DNA of 64,000 nt from Caldisericota bacterium. GTDB lineage: Bacteria; Caldisericota; Caldisericia; JAAYUI01. Position numbers and translations under genes: made by a program. The stretch spans positions 26,046-90,045 of the forward strand of contig JAKPMO010000005.1 of the NCBI GenBank assembly GCA_029548865.1. The letters run 5' to 3'. Shown one piece after another: positions 1-9,735 of this stretch; the first letter of the stretch is position 1, and the number at the start of each line of letters is the position of its first letter. The notes beneath the pieces were generated by a model. It worked only from the letters and a program-made list of their open reading frames with translations, did not search any database and was not told the origin of the DNA.

Positions 1-1159
1 CACACATTATTATGGCTACTGGGATTGATATTGCCTGATAAAATGATTGTGAGATGACCGCGGGTGAACCAAAAATCTGGGTCACAACCGGCAACAGGGT
101 CGCGGCAAGTATGAACACGGCATAAACAGACAGCACTATGTTGCCAATGCTCATCATGAAATATCTTGAGGTGTAATGGCTCTCAAGGCCATGGGGAACA
201 AACTTCCACGAACGGAAGCATAAAAATACCGACAATCCGATAGAAGCCAGAAGCATGACCAGATACAAAAAAAGCATCGACGAGCCAGCAAAAGAGTGAA
301 CAGACACATCCGAAAGCACGCCTGATCTGGTCAAAAAAACTGCCATTACGACAAGGCAGAAAGAGGAGAGCACAGCGACAACAACCGATCTGGCGTTGCC
401 ATTGCCATTCTCATCATTGAGCACCGCATGTATTGCAACCGTCTGGATGAGCCATGGAACCAGCGAAGCGTTTTCCACAGGGTCCCAGCCCCAGTAACCG
501 CCCCACCCAAGCGTTTCATAGGCCCAGATGGAGCCCATGGCGATACCAAGGCCAAGCAGGAACCAGGATGCAATAAGCCAGGGCGTCATCCTTGAGAGCC
601 AGATCTGGTGGTTCTGCTCGCATGGCCTAAAAAGATAGGCAACAGCCATCGCAAATGGAACAGCCATCAAGGCATAGGACAGGAATATCACTGGTGGATG
701 AAAAGCCATCCAAGGGCTCTTCAGGAGAACATTCAGCCCAAGGCCATCAGATGCGGCCTGCGGAAGGACATCAAAGGTTGAAGAGCCTACTACAAAAATC
801 ACCAGAAAGGCCTGGATGGCAAAAAGGACCGCAAGAAAGCTCTTTTGTGATTGCGGCTTGAAGGAGAGGATCGCGGTAACAATCGAGATTGCAAGCAGCC
901 AGAGGAGCATCGACCCGCCCTTGTCGGCCCAGAAAACCGATATTTTATACCAGAATGAAAGTGAAGTGGAGCTATTGTGAAAAACATAGGAAAGCTGAAA
1001 GTTGTTGTTGAGTATTGAAAGCATGAGATACGACGACGCCAATACTGCCGACAGCATGGAGGAAACGGCAAACATCTTCTGGAATCTTGGCTTTATACAA
1101 AAAATTGCAGCGAGAATGGAAAATCCTAAACAAAGCCACATCAATACATTACCAGCCAT
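1..1159 (-). CDS. ccmF: cytochrome c-type biogenesis heme lyase CcmF (first ~386 codons; continues beyond window edge)
   Basis: Absent from the ORF track because it runs off base 1. My minus-strand translation from ATG 1159 (AGGAG 5 nt upstream) stays open to base 1. It contains LSYVFHNSS..WYKISVFWADKGGSMLLW, SPWMAFHPPVIFLSYA and the W-rich WGGYWGWDPVENASL signature. It follows ccmE. Confidence 0.85.
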   Translation of the reverse strand, partial: MAGNVLMWLCLGFSILAAIFCIKPRFQKMFAVSSMLSAVLASSYLMLSILNNNFQLSYVFHNSSTSLSFWYKISVFWADKGGSMLLWLLAISIVTAILSFKPQSQKSFLAVLFAIQAFLVIFVVGSSTFDVLPQAASDGLGLNVLLKSPWMAFHPPVIFLSYALMAVPFAMAVAYLFRPCEQNHQIWLSRMTPWLIASWFLLGLGIAMGSIWAYETLGWGGYWGWDPVENASLVPWLIQTVAIHAVLNDENGNGNARSVVVAVLSSFCLVVMAVFLTRSGVLSDVSVHSFAGSSMLFLYLVMLLASIGLSVFLCFRSWKFVPHGLESHYTSRYFMMSIGNIVLSVYAVFILAATLLPVVTQIFGSPAVISQSFYQAISIPVAIIMC

Positions 1160-1209
1160 TTTTACTCCTGCCATGTTTGGAGAAACTTTCAAAAACCATT
1201 ATCTTTCCA

Positions 1210-1602
1210 TTATTTTCCACTGTTATCAGACCCTTTTTCATTTTTGTTTTCATACTTGCTTGGACACTTGACCAGCAACTGGTCTGCGTGGAAACTTCCA
1301 TCCTTGAAAGACCCAACTGCAACGCCTTTTTGGGCTCCGGCAAAGTTTTGTGGCAGAACACCATCCAGGATAACTGGCAAAACCTCACCTTTTTCATCCA
1401 CCATATTGAAATAATTGAGGTTGCCTTCCTGCTTCAGGCTTTTTTGATCAAGCAGGCCGTAAACCTGATATACCTTGCCACTTTTTGCCTCGCCAAAATC
1501 AGAGGTGAAAGGAGTCATGGAGGACAGGAAAAACCATATTGATACTCCCGACAGAATGACAATTGCAATAATTCCAGCTACAAGGGAGGTTTTTCTGTTC
1601 AT
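1210..1602 (-). CDS. ccmE: heme chaperone CcmE, Cys-variant (CPSKY instead of HxxxY)
   Basis: 130 aa with an N-terminal TM anchor (LVAGIIAIVILSGVSIWFF) and an OB-like core. The C-terminal LLVKCPSKYE sits where CcmE has its heme-binding HxxxY. The ATG overlaps the ccmD-like stop as ATGA. Confidence 0.85.
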   Translation of the reverse strand: MNRKTSLVAGIIAIVILSGVSIWFFLSSMTPFTSDFGEAKSGKVYQVYGLLDQKSLKQEGNLNYFNMVDEKGEVLPVILDGVLPQNFAGAQKGVAVGSFKDGSFHADQLLVKCPSKYENKNEKGSDNSGK

Positions 1603-1700
1603 TTCTTCTTCAATATCTTCCCAATTCTGACTTCAAGTGACATCAGATACGCAAAAATACCCAAAAAGACAACCAACGCCACAACAAGAACCGGTATCAT
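1599..1700 (-). CDS. ccmD: small single-TM protein, CcmD-like (33 aa, below ORF-track cutoff)
   Basis: Hand translation gives MIPVLVVALVVFLGIFAYLMSLEVRIGKILKKK. Its ATG overlaps the ccmC stop (ATGA) and its TGA overlaps the ccmE ATG (ATGA). It sits between ccmC and ccmE, as ccmD does. Confidence 0.55.
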   Translation of the reverse strand: MIPVLVVALVVFLGIFAYLMSLEVRIGKILKKK

Positions 1701-2329
1701 ATTTCCTCCATATCAAGCCTTTGTGACAAAGACAGTATCCATAGATACAAGAATGTAAAACCAGCAAGCATGCCAAACACACCGTAAAGCATTGGTTTTG
1801 TGAGGCCCAGGCCGCCGACCTGTTCGGGATGGAGCGAGCTGGTTATTCTCGGCATCACAAAAACAAGGAACGGCGTGGCAAGAAAAGCGACGATCGAGTA
1901 TCCTGCAGAAATGGCCGCTTTTTTGTCCCTGTCTTCTATGAGCCACCTGAGGAGCAGATAGGCGATGTAGATCATCAGAAGAAAGACAATCGATGTCTCC
2001 CTTGGGTCCCAGTTCCATGGCGAACCCCAGGTATAAGTGGCAAAAACCGAGCCTGTAATAGTTGCCAGAACACAAAACACTAGACCTATCTCGGAGCTTC
2101 TGTGGGCAACAGAGTCATATACAGCTTTTCTCTTCGCAAGATAAGCTATCGAGAAGATAAAGGAGATGAAAAATGCAAGCGTTGCAACCCACGCGCATGG
2201 GATATGGAAGTAAATGATCCTGTAAAGGTCTCCCATTGTTGCTTCTTTTGGGGTAAACATGAGGCAATAAATAATCGAAGGCACCATTGCAAGGGGTGTG
2301 AGCACCGATAAAATGCGGCCAAAAAGCAT
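1697..2329 (-). CDS. ccmC: heme exporter protein CcmC
   Basis: 210 aa polytopic protein with the W-rich motif WGSPWNWDPRETS and conserved His residues. It lies between ccmB and ccmD/E. Confidence 0.9.
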   Translation of the reverse strand: MLFGRILSVLTPLAMVPSIIYCLMFTPKEATMGDLYRIIYFHIPCAWVATLAFFISFIFSIAYLAKRKAVYDSVAHRSSEIGLVFCVLATITGSVFATYTWGSPWNWDPRETSIVFLLMIYIAYLLLRWLIEDRDKKAAISAGYSIVAFLATPFLVFVMPRITSSLHPEQVGGLGLTKPMLYGVFGMLAGFTFLYLWILSLSQRLDMEEI

Positions 2330-2332
2330 TGT

Positions 2333-2986
2333 CTATTCCTCCTCAATATACGGCACCAACACAAGCCCAGCCACCAGTGCCGCCAGAGATTCACTAATTA
2401 TCACAACAACAAGATTAATCGAAAATGTGCCTTCTGCCAAGGCTTGTGAGGTGGCCAGGACAAGGCAGACCAGCAAGGGAAGTATTACAGGCATCACGAT
2501 AACTGGATAAGCGGCGCTCAGGGCCCTTCCGCGCGACATGAGATAGCCGACAAAACCTTGCGCAAAAGACAAGGCGGGGCACCCGATCAATACCAGAAGG
2601 CCAACAAGCGGCAAGGCTGAAAACCTGACGCCAAGCCAGAAACACAAAAGCGGAAAAACAACGCAGGCAATCAACAGAACAAAAAAAGCATTCGCAAGCG
2701 TTTTGGCAAGAAAAACGGAAGGCATCGGAACCCTGAGCCTCAACTGGTCGGCCGTTCCCTCATCCTCCTCTTTTGCAAAAGACCTGGAGAGTGTGTCAGA
2801 AGAGGAAAACATGACAACAATCCAGAGGAGCGAGGCTATGACCCTTTCGCTGACCTTTGTTCCGGCAAGCGAAAACCCGAGCGTGGCGGAGAGAACAATC
2901 GCAAGCCCAAAACCAACCCCGACAAGGTGCCTCCCCCTGAAAGCGACCTTTATTTCTTTTGCCAGAAGTGCCCTAAAACTGCGCAA
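2333..2986 (-). CDS. ccmB: heme exporter permease CcmB
   Basis: The track ORF 2333..3133 overlaps ccmA. A TTG at 2986 (GGAGA upstream) gives MRSFRALLAKEIKVAFRGRHL, which resembles the E. coli CcmB N-terminus (FWRIFRLELRVAFRH). The protein is multi-TM. Confidence 0.8.
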   Translation of the reverse strand: MRSFRALLAKEIKVAFRGRHLVGVGFGLAIVLSATLGFSLAGTKVSERVIASLLWIVVMFSSSDTLSRSFAKEEDEGTADQLRLRVPMPSVFLAKTLANAFFVLLIACVVFPLLCFWLGVRFSALPLVGLLVLIGCPALSFAQGFVGYLMSRGRALSAAYPVIVMPVILPLLVCLVLATSQALAEGTFSINLVVVIISESLAALVAGLVLVPYIEEE

Positions 2987-3554
2987 TTTTTCTCCAGTCT
3001 CTCCAGGGATTGTTTGTGGCAACCACAACAAGCCTACCAAATGACGAGACCATGTTGTCCAGAATTGCTTTTCCCTCGGCATCCAGGTGCTGCTCTGGCT
3101 CATCAAGCAATATGACGTCCCGGGCCATTGCAAAGGCTGTCATCAGTTTGGCCCTCTGCTTGAGGCCTGCCGAAAGTTCTTGGTAGCGCTTTTCAAGGTG
3201 ACATGATAAACCCCACACCCCAAAATCAGGCACAGGCACCCCCGCCAGGTTCGCAAAAAATCTGGCATTTTCAAAAACAGTCATTTCCTTGTAAAGACCA
3301 AGATCGGGGGAACACATGGCAATCCTGCCTGACAACTGAAATTTCTCATACTTCTTCTTTCTGTCAAACCACTCCATTGTTCCAGAAGAAGTTTTGAGCA
3401 GGCCCGCCATTATCCTCAACAGAGTCGTTTTGCCCGAACCATTCGGCCCAATGATCGCCCATACTTCATCTTCTATGTCAAAAGAAACGCCAGCAAAAAC
3501 CATTTTTGACCCAAAAGATTTTGACAGATTACTGGCAACCATTCGCATAACCAA
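2973..3554 (-). CDS. ccmA: heme ABC exporter ATP-binding protein CcmA
   Basis: Walker A GPNGSGKTT, signature LSAGLKQR and Walker B ILLDEP. It is the first gene of the ccm operon. The start may be ATG 3548 rather than TTG 3554 (see the promoter feature). Confidence 0.85.
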   Translation of the reverse strand: MVMRMVASNLSKSFGSKMVFAGVSFDIEDEVWAIIGPNGSGKTTLLRIMAGLLKTSSGTMEWFDRKKKYEKFQLSGRIAMCSPDLGLYKEMTVFENARFFANLAGVPVPDFGVWGLSCHLEKRYQELSAGLKQRAKLMTAFAMARDVILLDEPEQHLDAEGKAILDNMVSSFGRLVVVATNNPWRDWRKIAQF

Positions 3555-3556
3555 AG

Positions 3557-3584
3557 ATTATAGGAGTGTTGCAAAATGAATCAA
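3557..3584 (-). promoter_or_regulatory. putative sigma70-type promoter of the ccm operon (TTGATT-16-TATAAT), 8 nt before ATG 3548
   Basis: The minus strand reads TTGATTCATTTTGCAACACTCCTATAAT CTTTGGTT ATG. There is no SD, so the transcript would be leaderless or nearly so. Confidence 0.35.
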
Positions 3585-3639
3585 ACCAGACTAATCTTTT
3601 TCTGTTAAAGTTGTCAGTTATTTCACAAAAGGAGGAGTC

Positions 3640-4815
3640 ATGTCAAAAGGCTATATCTTGAGTGCCGCAAGGACACCCATTGGCAAATTTTTGGGTAGCC
3701 TTTCGCCGTTTTCCGCACCAAAACTTGGCGGTTTCGCCATCAAGGCGGCCGTTGAAAGGGCCGGCGTAGAAAAAGAGAGAATTGACGAGGTAATAATGGG
3801 CCAGGTGGTCCAGGCAGGCTGCGGCCAGAACCCGGCAAGGCAGGCGCTTATCCATGCAGGTCTAAATCCTGAAACAAATGCCCTCACAATCAACAAGGTG
3901 TGCGGCTCGGGACTGAAAGCGATCATGCTTGCTTCACAATCCATCCAGCTTGGCGAGGCAGACATTGTCGTGGCAGGCGGAATGGAATCCATGACAAATG
4001 CACCATACTACCTTGAGAAGGCAAGGACCGAAGGCTACAGATATGGAGACGGCACCCTTGTCGATGGAGTCATAAAAGATGGCCTCTGGTGTGCATTCAA
4101 TGGTTCCCACATGGGAAACCTCGCAGAATACACTGCAAAGAAGGGTAACGTGACCAGGGAAGAGGCTGACCTTTTCGCCTTTAATTCCCAGGACAGGGCA
4201 ATCAAAGCCATAGAAACAGGAATTTTTGACGAAGAAGTAGCGCCAATTGCAATACCACAGAAAAAAGGCGATCCGATAATATTTTCAAAGGACGAGACCC
4301 CGAGACCAACTACGATGGACACCCTGCAAAAGCTCAGGCCAGCTTTTGACAAGGAAGGGGTCGTTACTGCAGGAAACGCTCCTGGCCTCTCTGATGGCGG
4401 CTCAGCAGTTGTTGTTGCATCCGAAAATGTAGCCAAGAACCACAAACCGCTTGCTTCAATAATCGATTACGCAACTGCACACACAGAGCCAAAAGAGCTT
4501 TTCTGGGCACCAGTCTTTGCTGTCAAAAAGCTGATGGAAAAAACAGGCCTGAAAATCTCGGACTTTGACCTCATCGAAGCCAATGAAGCCTTTGCTGTCC
4601 AGTGCATAGTTGACGGCAGGGGACTCGAATGGGACCCAAATACAGTCAATATCTCCGGTGGCGCCATAGCACTCGGGCACCCGATAGGTTCCTCCGGTTC
4701 AAGGATTATTGCAACACTGATCTACAACCTGAAGAGGAACGGCAAGAAGCGCGGACTTGCAACACTCTGCCTTGGAGGCGGAGGCGCCGTTGCAATGGCA
4801 ATCGAACTTGTGTGA
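3640..4815 (+). CDS. acetyl-CoA C-acetyltransferase (thiolase II)
   Basis: 391 aa with thiolase motifs: [12 protein letters not shown] (active Cys), NEAFA and [33 protein letters not shown]. Confidence 0.92.
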   Translation: MSKGYILSAARTPIGKFLGSLSPFSAPKLGGFAIKAAVERAGVEKERIDEVIMGQVVQAGCGQNPARQALIHAGLNPETNALTINKVCGSGLKAIMLASQSIQLGEADIVVAGGMESMTNAPYYLEKARTEGYRYGDGTLVDGVIKDGLWCAFNGSHMGNLAEYTAKKGNVTREEADLFAFNSQDRAIKAIETGIFDEEVAPIAIPQKKGDPIIFSKDETPRPTTMDTLQKLRPAFDKEGVVTAGNAPGLSDGGSAVVVASENVAKNHKPLASIIDYATAHTEPKELFWAPVFAVKKLMEKTGLKISDFDLIEANEAFAVQCIVDGRGLEWDPNTVNISGGAIALGHPIGSSGSRIIATLIYNLKRNGKKRGLATLCLGGGGAVAMAIELV

Positions 4816-4825
4816 GGAGGAAGCA

Positions 4826-5686
4826 ATGGAGATAAAAAAAGTTGGTGTCATAGGCGCAGGTGTAATGGGAAACGGGATTGCCCATGTATTTGCACAGACC
4901 GGATACGACGTTGTTCTTGCAGAAGCAAACATCCAGCTTGCTGAAAAAGGCAAGGCAACTATCCAGAAAAACCTCGGCAGGATGGTCCAGAAAGGCACAA
5001 TCACACAGGAAGTCGCAGATGCAACGCTTGCGAGAATAAAAACCACCGAAAACCTTGAAGACCTCAGGGATTGTCAGATCGTTGTCGAGGCTGTCACTGA
5101 AAACAGGCAGGTCAAAAACCAGATATACGACAAATTGAATGGCATCCTGCAGGGAAACGCAATTCTGGCCTCAAACACTTCCACAATTTCAATCACCGAG
5201 CTGGCCGCAAAATACAAGAACCCAGGGAAATTTATCGGCATGCACTTCATGAACCCAGTTCCCCTCATGAAACTTGTTGAAGTGATAAGGGGAATGCTCA
5301 CGACCGATGAGACCTACAATATTGTGAATGATCTTTCAATCAAACTGGGAAAGACACCGGCAGTTGCAAATGATTATCCAGGATTTGTCAGCAACAGGAT
5401 ACTGATGCCAATGATAAACGAGGCAGTCTACTGCCTCATGGAGGGCGTTGCCGACAAGGAATCAATAGACACTGTAATGAAACTAGGCATGAACCATCCA
5501 ATGGGCCCCCTCGCACTCGCAGACCTTATCGGCCTTGATACCTGCCTGGCAATTATGGAAGTACTCCATGAAGGGCTTGGCGACTCAAAATACAGGCCGT
5601 GCCCACTGCTGAGAAAAATGGTTGCAGCAGGTCTCCTTGGAAGGAAATCGGGAAAAGGTTTCTACGACTACACCGAACAAAAATAA
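4826..5686 (+). CDS. hbd: 3-hydroxybutyryl-CoA dehydrogenase
   Basis: [19 protein letters not shown] Rossmann start with GGAGG 5 nt upstream. The track's longer form from 4757 overlaps the thiolase. The sequence is 3-hydroxyacyl-CoA dehydrogenase-like throughout. Confidence 0.9.
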   Translation: MEIKKVGVIGAGVMGNGIAHVFAQTGYDVVLAEANIQLAEKGKATIQKNLGRMVQKGTITQEVADATLARIKTTENLEDLRDCQIVVEAVTENRQVKNQIYDKLNGILQGNAILASNTSTISITELAAKYKNPGKFIGMHFMNPVPLMKLVEVIRGMLTTDETYNIVNDLSIKLGKTPAVANDYPGFVSNRILMPMINEAVYCLMEGVADKESIDTVMKLGMNHPMGPLALADLIGLDTCLAIMEVLHEGLGDSKYRPCPLLRKMVAAGLLGRKSGKGFYDYTEQK

Positions 5687-5730
5687 TCAACCACAGAAAC
5701 TGACACACTAGATCAAGTTTCAACGCCAAC

Positions 5731-5766
5731 AAAAAAGCCCCGCTTTTTTTAAAGCGGGGCTTTTTT
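5731..5766. terminator. bidirectional rho-independent terminator
   Basis: AAAAAA GCCCCGC-loop-GCGGGGC TTTTTT, between convergent hbd and the large surface-protein gene. Confidence 0.75.
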
Positions 5767-5799
5767 AATTCATCAGCGATGACAGGGGGAATTGTTTGC

Positions 5800-8700
5800 T
5801 TACTTTACCCTTATCTTTTTGGTATAAGTGCAAGAATTGGCATAACGGTCAGTAGTTCTGAGGGTTATGCTGTAGCTACCTGGGGAATAGGTGTAGCTGA
5901 ATTCTTTTGTGGTGTCATTTTCGATATTGAAGGTTTTGTCAATCTTTCCATCACCCTCGAAATCAAGATCAGCTGTGTATGGGCCACATCCACCAAATGG
6001 GCTCACTTTGATGGTCATTGTGCCAGAGGCAGGTATGACATAAATGTTGTCATTGTCAGGTTTTGCTTCTGGAATCAAGATTGAAATGTCGGGACACTCA
6101 CAAACCACTGGTTCCTTTGCACCAACTCTGAGCACTATGACTGCAGTATCCTGGTCTCTTAAACCCTCTGCGGAGGTGACAATAGCAGTGTTTATGATAT
6201 TGATGCCAGGGTTAAGGCTTATGTCCTTTCTGACTCTCAATGTCAGTTCAATTATCTTGACTTCACCAGGATTCATGATTCCAAATGACCAGACAATTTT
6301 CTGCATGCCAAGTGACCCTGAAGGTATTGAGGCTACATATTCAAGTTCTCTTGGCAAGATATCAACCACAACAACATTGGTTGCTTCCCTGGTACCAATA
6401 TTTTTTACAATTATTGTGTAGCTAACTTTTTCACCCTGCTGGGCCATGAACTTCTTTGTTGTCTTCGTGAGCGTAATGAGCGGTTCGCCAAGAACATCAA
6501 CGGTGCACTGTGCGAATTCTGGGTTTGGTGCGGTATCGGCATACGTCAGAACGTTGTTGGTGAGTTTGGTGCCTTTGGCCAAGTGACCAACTCTTACTCT
6601 CACAACAAGAACAAATGTCTCGTGCGGTGCAAGACTTCCGTTTCCAGCCAAACCAACAGAAGTGGTCCATCTGTTGTTGTCAACATCTGGCGGCGGGTTG
6701 GCATCGTAGAAGGTTACTCCCTTTGGATAGTTCTCGACGATATTGACGTTTGTCTGTGTGTATGGGGTGTCGTTTGTGACTGTTATTGTGTAAATCAGAA
6801 GACTGTCCGGAAGAACTGGGTCTGGGACGCATTTCTTTGTTATCTGGAGTGATGGCACAACCGGGACCTGGAGAATGAAGCCATGCATGTGGCCCCTCTC
6901 ATCAGAACGTGGGTAATATGGGTTTGGCCAAGGTCCACCGGCTGGCGAACCAGCACAGAAATTATAATTGTTCTCTGTTGTGGGGTCACAATCAGTATAA
7001 TCATTACCCCATTCTGTCGCCACACAAGGCCCCTGACCATCATCCAGCGAATTGGGATCAGATCCACCAGTGTTGGCGCAAACCAGATATGGCCTGAGCA
7101 GGACTGATGAATCTTCACCGGCAAGGTACGTTCTTGTTGGCCTGTGAAGTGCTTTTGTGTCGTAGTCCTGGTTTACATAGTCCCACCATTGGTCAGCTTT
7201 CCAGTGGATGGCTGTCTTTGCGGCAACAACCGTGAAATTGCGGTGCCAGAACCATGAGCAGCTGTACTGCTTTGCATTAGAAGCATATCTTGGATTCATT
7301 GCTTTCGGGCTCCACAGATAGCCAGCCGGGAAGCCTGGTGGCAATGTTGGAGGGGTTTCTGGGTTAGCATTCGACCCTATCCAGCCATTTGCCCACCATG
7401 CGCCGCCCTGGCCTGCTGTTGGGTCGGCCGGTTGCGGATTGAGCCAGAAACGGTCTGTTGGAATCCTGTTGGTGCCACATGCCCAGTAATCCCACTCTGC
7501 CCTATACCATCCAAGTTGTGAGCCACAGGTTCCATTATCAGCCGAGTTTCCAATTATTCCAACATAAGCACCTGCATTTGCGCCATCAACAGGCCATGTG
7601 GAAGGATCCGGCGGTGTCCTGAAACCGGAGAACATGGTTTGCGAATTTTGCCTGTCATTGTTACAAAGTGTCAAAGCACCGTCTGCAATCATTATCTGGG
7701 AGAGTGGAAGAGTGGAATTTTCAAAAATCATTACTATTTCAAAACCGTATAATTGACCATTTCCAGGCTCATATTCTTGAACCAGATTTGTAACATGAAT
7801 TATATCGTAAGGATCAGCGATATATGGTGTAATATTGAAACGGAATGTTGACTGCATCTGGCCCCAGCCCAAGCATCCACAACTTGGCCTGTAGCCACTG
7901 TCGTTGTTTCTTCCAAGGAATGAACCGGTACAAAGAAGAGATTGCGGATTGCCTTCTCTCCCCGGATTTACAAGTATTGGTATATGCTCTCGGACTTCAT
8001 CACCAGAATCTCGGCGTTGATCAAAAATTGGTTGGCCAAGCCAGCTACCATCAGGATCTTCAATTACCCTTCCAACTGAGTTGGCATACAGATAGCACGC
8101 AACAAGCCTGGAGTTGTCCGGTATGTAGTCCGGGCGATATTTCAGACGTGTTATTCCAGCAGCCCCAGGGGACGAATCATGGACAAACTGACAAAAATAG
8201 TTTTTACGAATTTGTCCTTCCCCATCACGTGGATGTCCAAAATCGGTTGACTGGGCAATCATTGCGAATCCATATTTTCCAACGAATGGCGGGATGTCCT
8301 GATTGAGTCTGTTGAATGATGTTGTGAACTGGTGAACATAGTAGAACCTTCCAGTGTTCACATAATCATATTCCGGATACGGTGCACCAGCGCCAAAATA
8401 CTGGTAGCCAAGAACCACGCCATCAGTGAAAACGCCTTGCGTTGCTGTTGGCATATTGTTGAATGATGCATCTCCACCAAAACCAGCAAGCGGGGTAAAC
8501 GGGGAGTTGTCATAAGAGAAAGCTATTCTGTCTCCACCGTTTGTTCCTCCACCAATCATAACACCGCTATGAATAGAGGGGCCAATCTGCTCACGGCTTG
8601 CAAAATAAGCTGTGATATTTGCTGTTACAGGTGGGATATTGGCAGAAGAGGCATCAAAATTTATTTGATAGCCGCCTGTTGGAAGGGGCTGGATTGGACC

Positions 8701-9735
8701 CGCTCCATCAGGATCAAATCTGAAATAGAGAGCGGCCGGATATGCTGCTCCACTGCTAAAAGCAGCAAGTCTTCCATCAGCACCGAACGTAAGTGTCGGG
8801 TTTGGTGCAATATTACAAGCAGTCCAGCCTGTTGGTGCACCATTGTAAGCATCATGGAAACCAACCCTTGTTGTGACATCCTGGCCAATTGTTAAGCCAC
8901 CCTGGCCATGCATGGAAAATGCTGTTATAGTCGCTGTTCCAGCAAGAGGTGTTTCAAAACCACCGGAGAGGGTCTGGTAGAAAATTGGGCCAAAATCAAG
9001 TCCAAAATTAAAACTTGCTCCAGCGTAGTTAAAGAGATGGGACCCGATATCACAAATCCCTGTTCTATCATCACCAGCCATATAAGGAATTCCACCATCA
9101 GGTGTGACTGGGCCATTTGGAACATACAGTTTACCACCAGTTGAGGTACCAATACCCAATATGTTCTGGGCACCATACCATGTTGTTATGTAATCCTTAT
9201 TTTCGACATTACTATTGGCTTTGTCAGCGTAGAGAACATCCGAAATAATCTGGTTCAATACAGGAATTTCACCTCTGATTCCTGGGTATCCTGGTGGATA
9301 TGTAAGGTAGCGATCATAATATTCTGAGTTGAAATCTACAAAGAATGTGCCAGAGCCATAAGTAGCCGTCTGACCATCATTGATGATTCCAGGTGTTGTT
9401 TCTCTCCATATCTTATACCAGGCTGAAGCGGCCATCTGATATCTTGTTGGGGCAAGAACCAACATACGCTCGCCAGGAGTGCTTGTGTAGAAGAATCCTC
9501 CACCTGGTTGTAGGGCTGTCTGGTTGCAGTTTTCATAAAGAGGAAGCGTTACGGGGGTTCCCCAGCTGAGGTTTGGCCTGTTTGGAGGAGTGTATCCATT
9601 GCGTTGGCACCACAGTCTCCTTGCAAGGATTGATTGCATCTCTGTCATTCCTTCAACCCATGCGTGGAAGTAAAGGTTGAGATTGTCATAGTAGGCATGG
9701 ACCATTTCATGTGTCAGTGCATCAAGCCTTGCTTC
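5800..9735 (-). CDS. C-terminal ~1,311 codons of a HEXXH zincin-like surface protein (two DUF11-like repeats plus a PKD-like domain), downstream of an in-frame TAA
   Basis: It is in the same frame as ORF 9736..10446. Translation after the TAA begins EARLDALTHEMVHAYYDNLNLYFHAWVEG (HEXXH plus a downstream Glu). The tail has LQITKKCVPD..YTITVTN and LTKTTKK..YTIIVKN repeats and a PKD-like end. There is no signal peptide of its own, and the first Met (9705) lies inside HEXXH. Confidence 0.7.
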   Translation of the reverse strand, partial: EARLDALTHEMVHAYYDNLNLYFHAWVEGMTEMQSILARRLWCQRNGYTPPNRPNLSWGTPVTLPLYENCNQTALQPGGGFFYTSTPGERMLVLAPTRYQMAASAWYKIWRETTPGIINDGQTATYGSGTFFVDFNSEYYDRYLTYPPGYPGIRGEIPVLNQIISDVLYADKANSNVENKDYITTWYGAQNILGIGTSTGGKLYVPNGPVTPDGGIPYMAGDDRTGICDIGSHLFNYAGASFNFGLDFGPIFYQTLSGGFETPLAGTATITAFSMHGQGGLTIGQDVTTRVGFHDAYNGAPTGWTACNIAPNPTLTFGADGRLAAFSSGAAYPAALYFRFDPDGAGPIQPLPTGGYQINFDASSANIPPVTANITAYFASREQIGPSIHSGVMIGGGTNGGDRIAFSYDNSPFTPLAGFGGDASFNNMPTATQGVFTDGVVLGYQYFGAGAPYPEYDYVNTGRFYYVHQFTTSFNRLNQDIPPFVGKYGFAMIAQSTDFGHPRDGEGQIRKNYFCQFVHDSSPGAAGITRLKYRPDYIPDNSRLVACYLYANSVGRVIEDPDGSWLGQPIFDQRRDSGDEVREHIPILVNPGREGNPQSLLCTGSFLGRNNDSGYRPSCGCLGWGQMQSTFRFNITPYIADPYDIIHVTNLVQEYEPGNGQLYGFEIVMIFENSTLPLSQIMIADGALTLCNNDRQNSQTMFSGFRTPPDPSTWPVDGANAGAYVGIIGNSADNGTCGSQLGWYRAEWDYWACGTNRIPTDRFWLNPQPADPTAGQGGAWWANGWIGSNANPETPPTLPPGFPAGYLWSPKAMNPRYASNAKQYSCSWFWHRNFTVVAAKTAIHWKADQWWDYVNQDYDTKALHRPTRTYLAGEDSSVLLRPYLVCANTGGSDPNSLDDGQGPCVATEWGNDYTDCDPTTENNYNFCAGSPAGGPWPNPYYPRSDERGHMHGFILQVPVVPSLQITKKCVPDPVLPDSLLIYTITVTNDTPYTQTNVNIVENYPKGVTFYDANPPPDVDNNRWTTSVGLAGNGSLAPHETFVLVVRVRVGHLAKGTKLTNNVLTYADTAPNPEFAQCTVDVLGEPLITLTKTTKKFMAQQGEKVSYTIIVKNIGTREATNVVVVDILPRELEYVASIPSGSLGMQKIVWSFGIMNPGEVKIIELTLRVRKDISLNPGINIINTAIVTSAEGLRDQDTAVIVLRVGAKEPVVCECPDISILIPEAKPDNDNIYVIPASGTMTIKVSPFGGCGPYTADLDFEGDGKIDKTFNIENDTTKEFSYTYSPGSYSITLRTTDRYANSCTYTKKIRVK

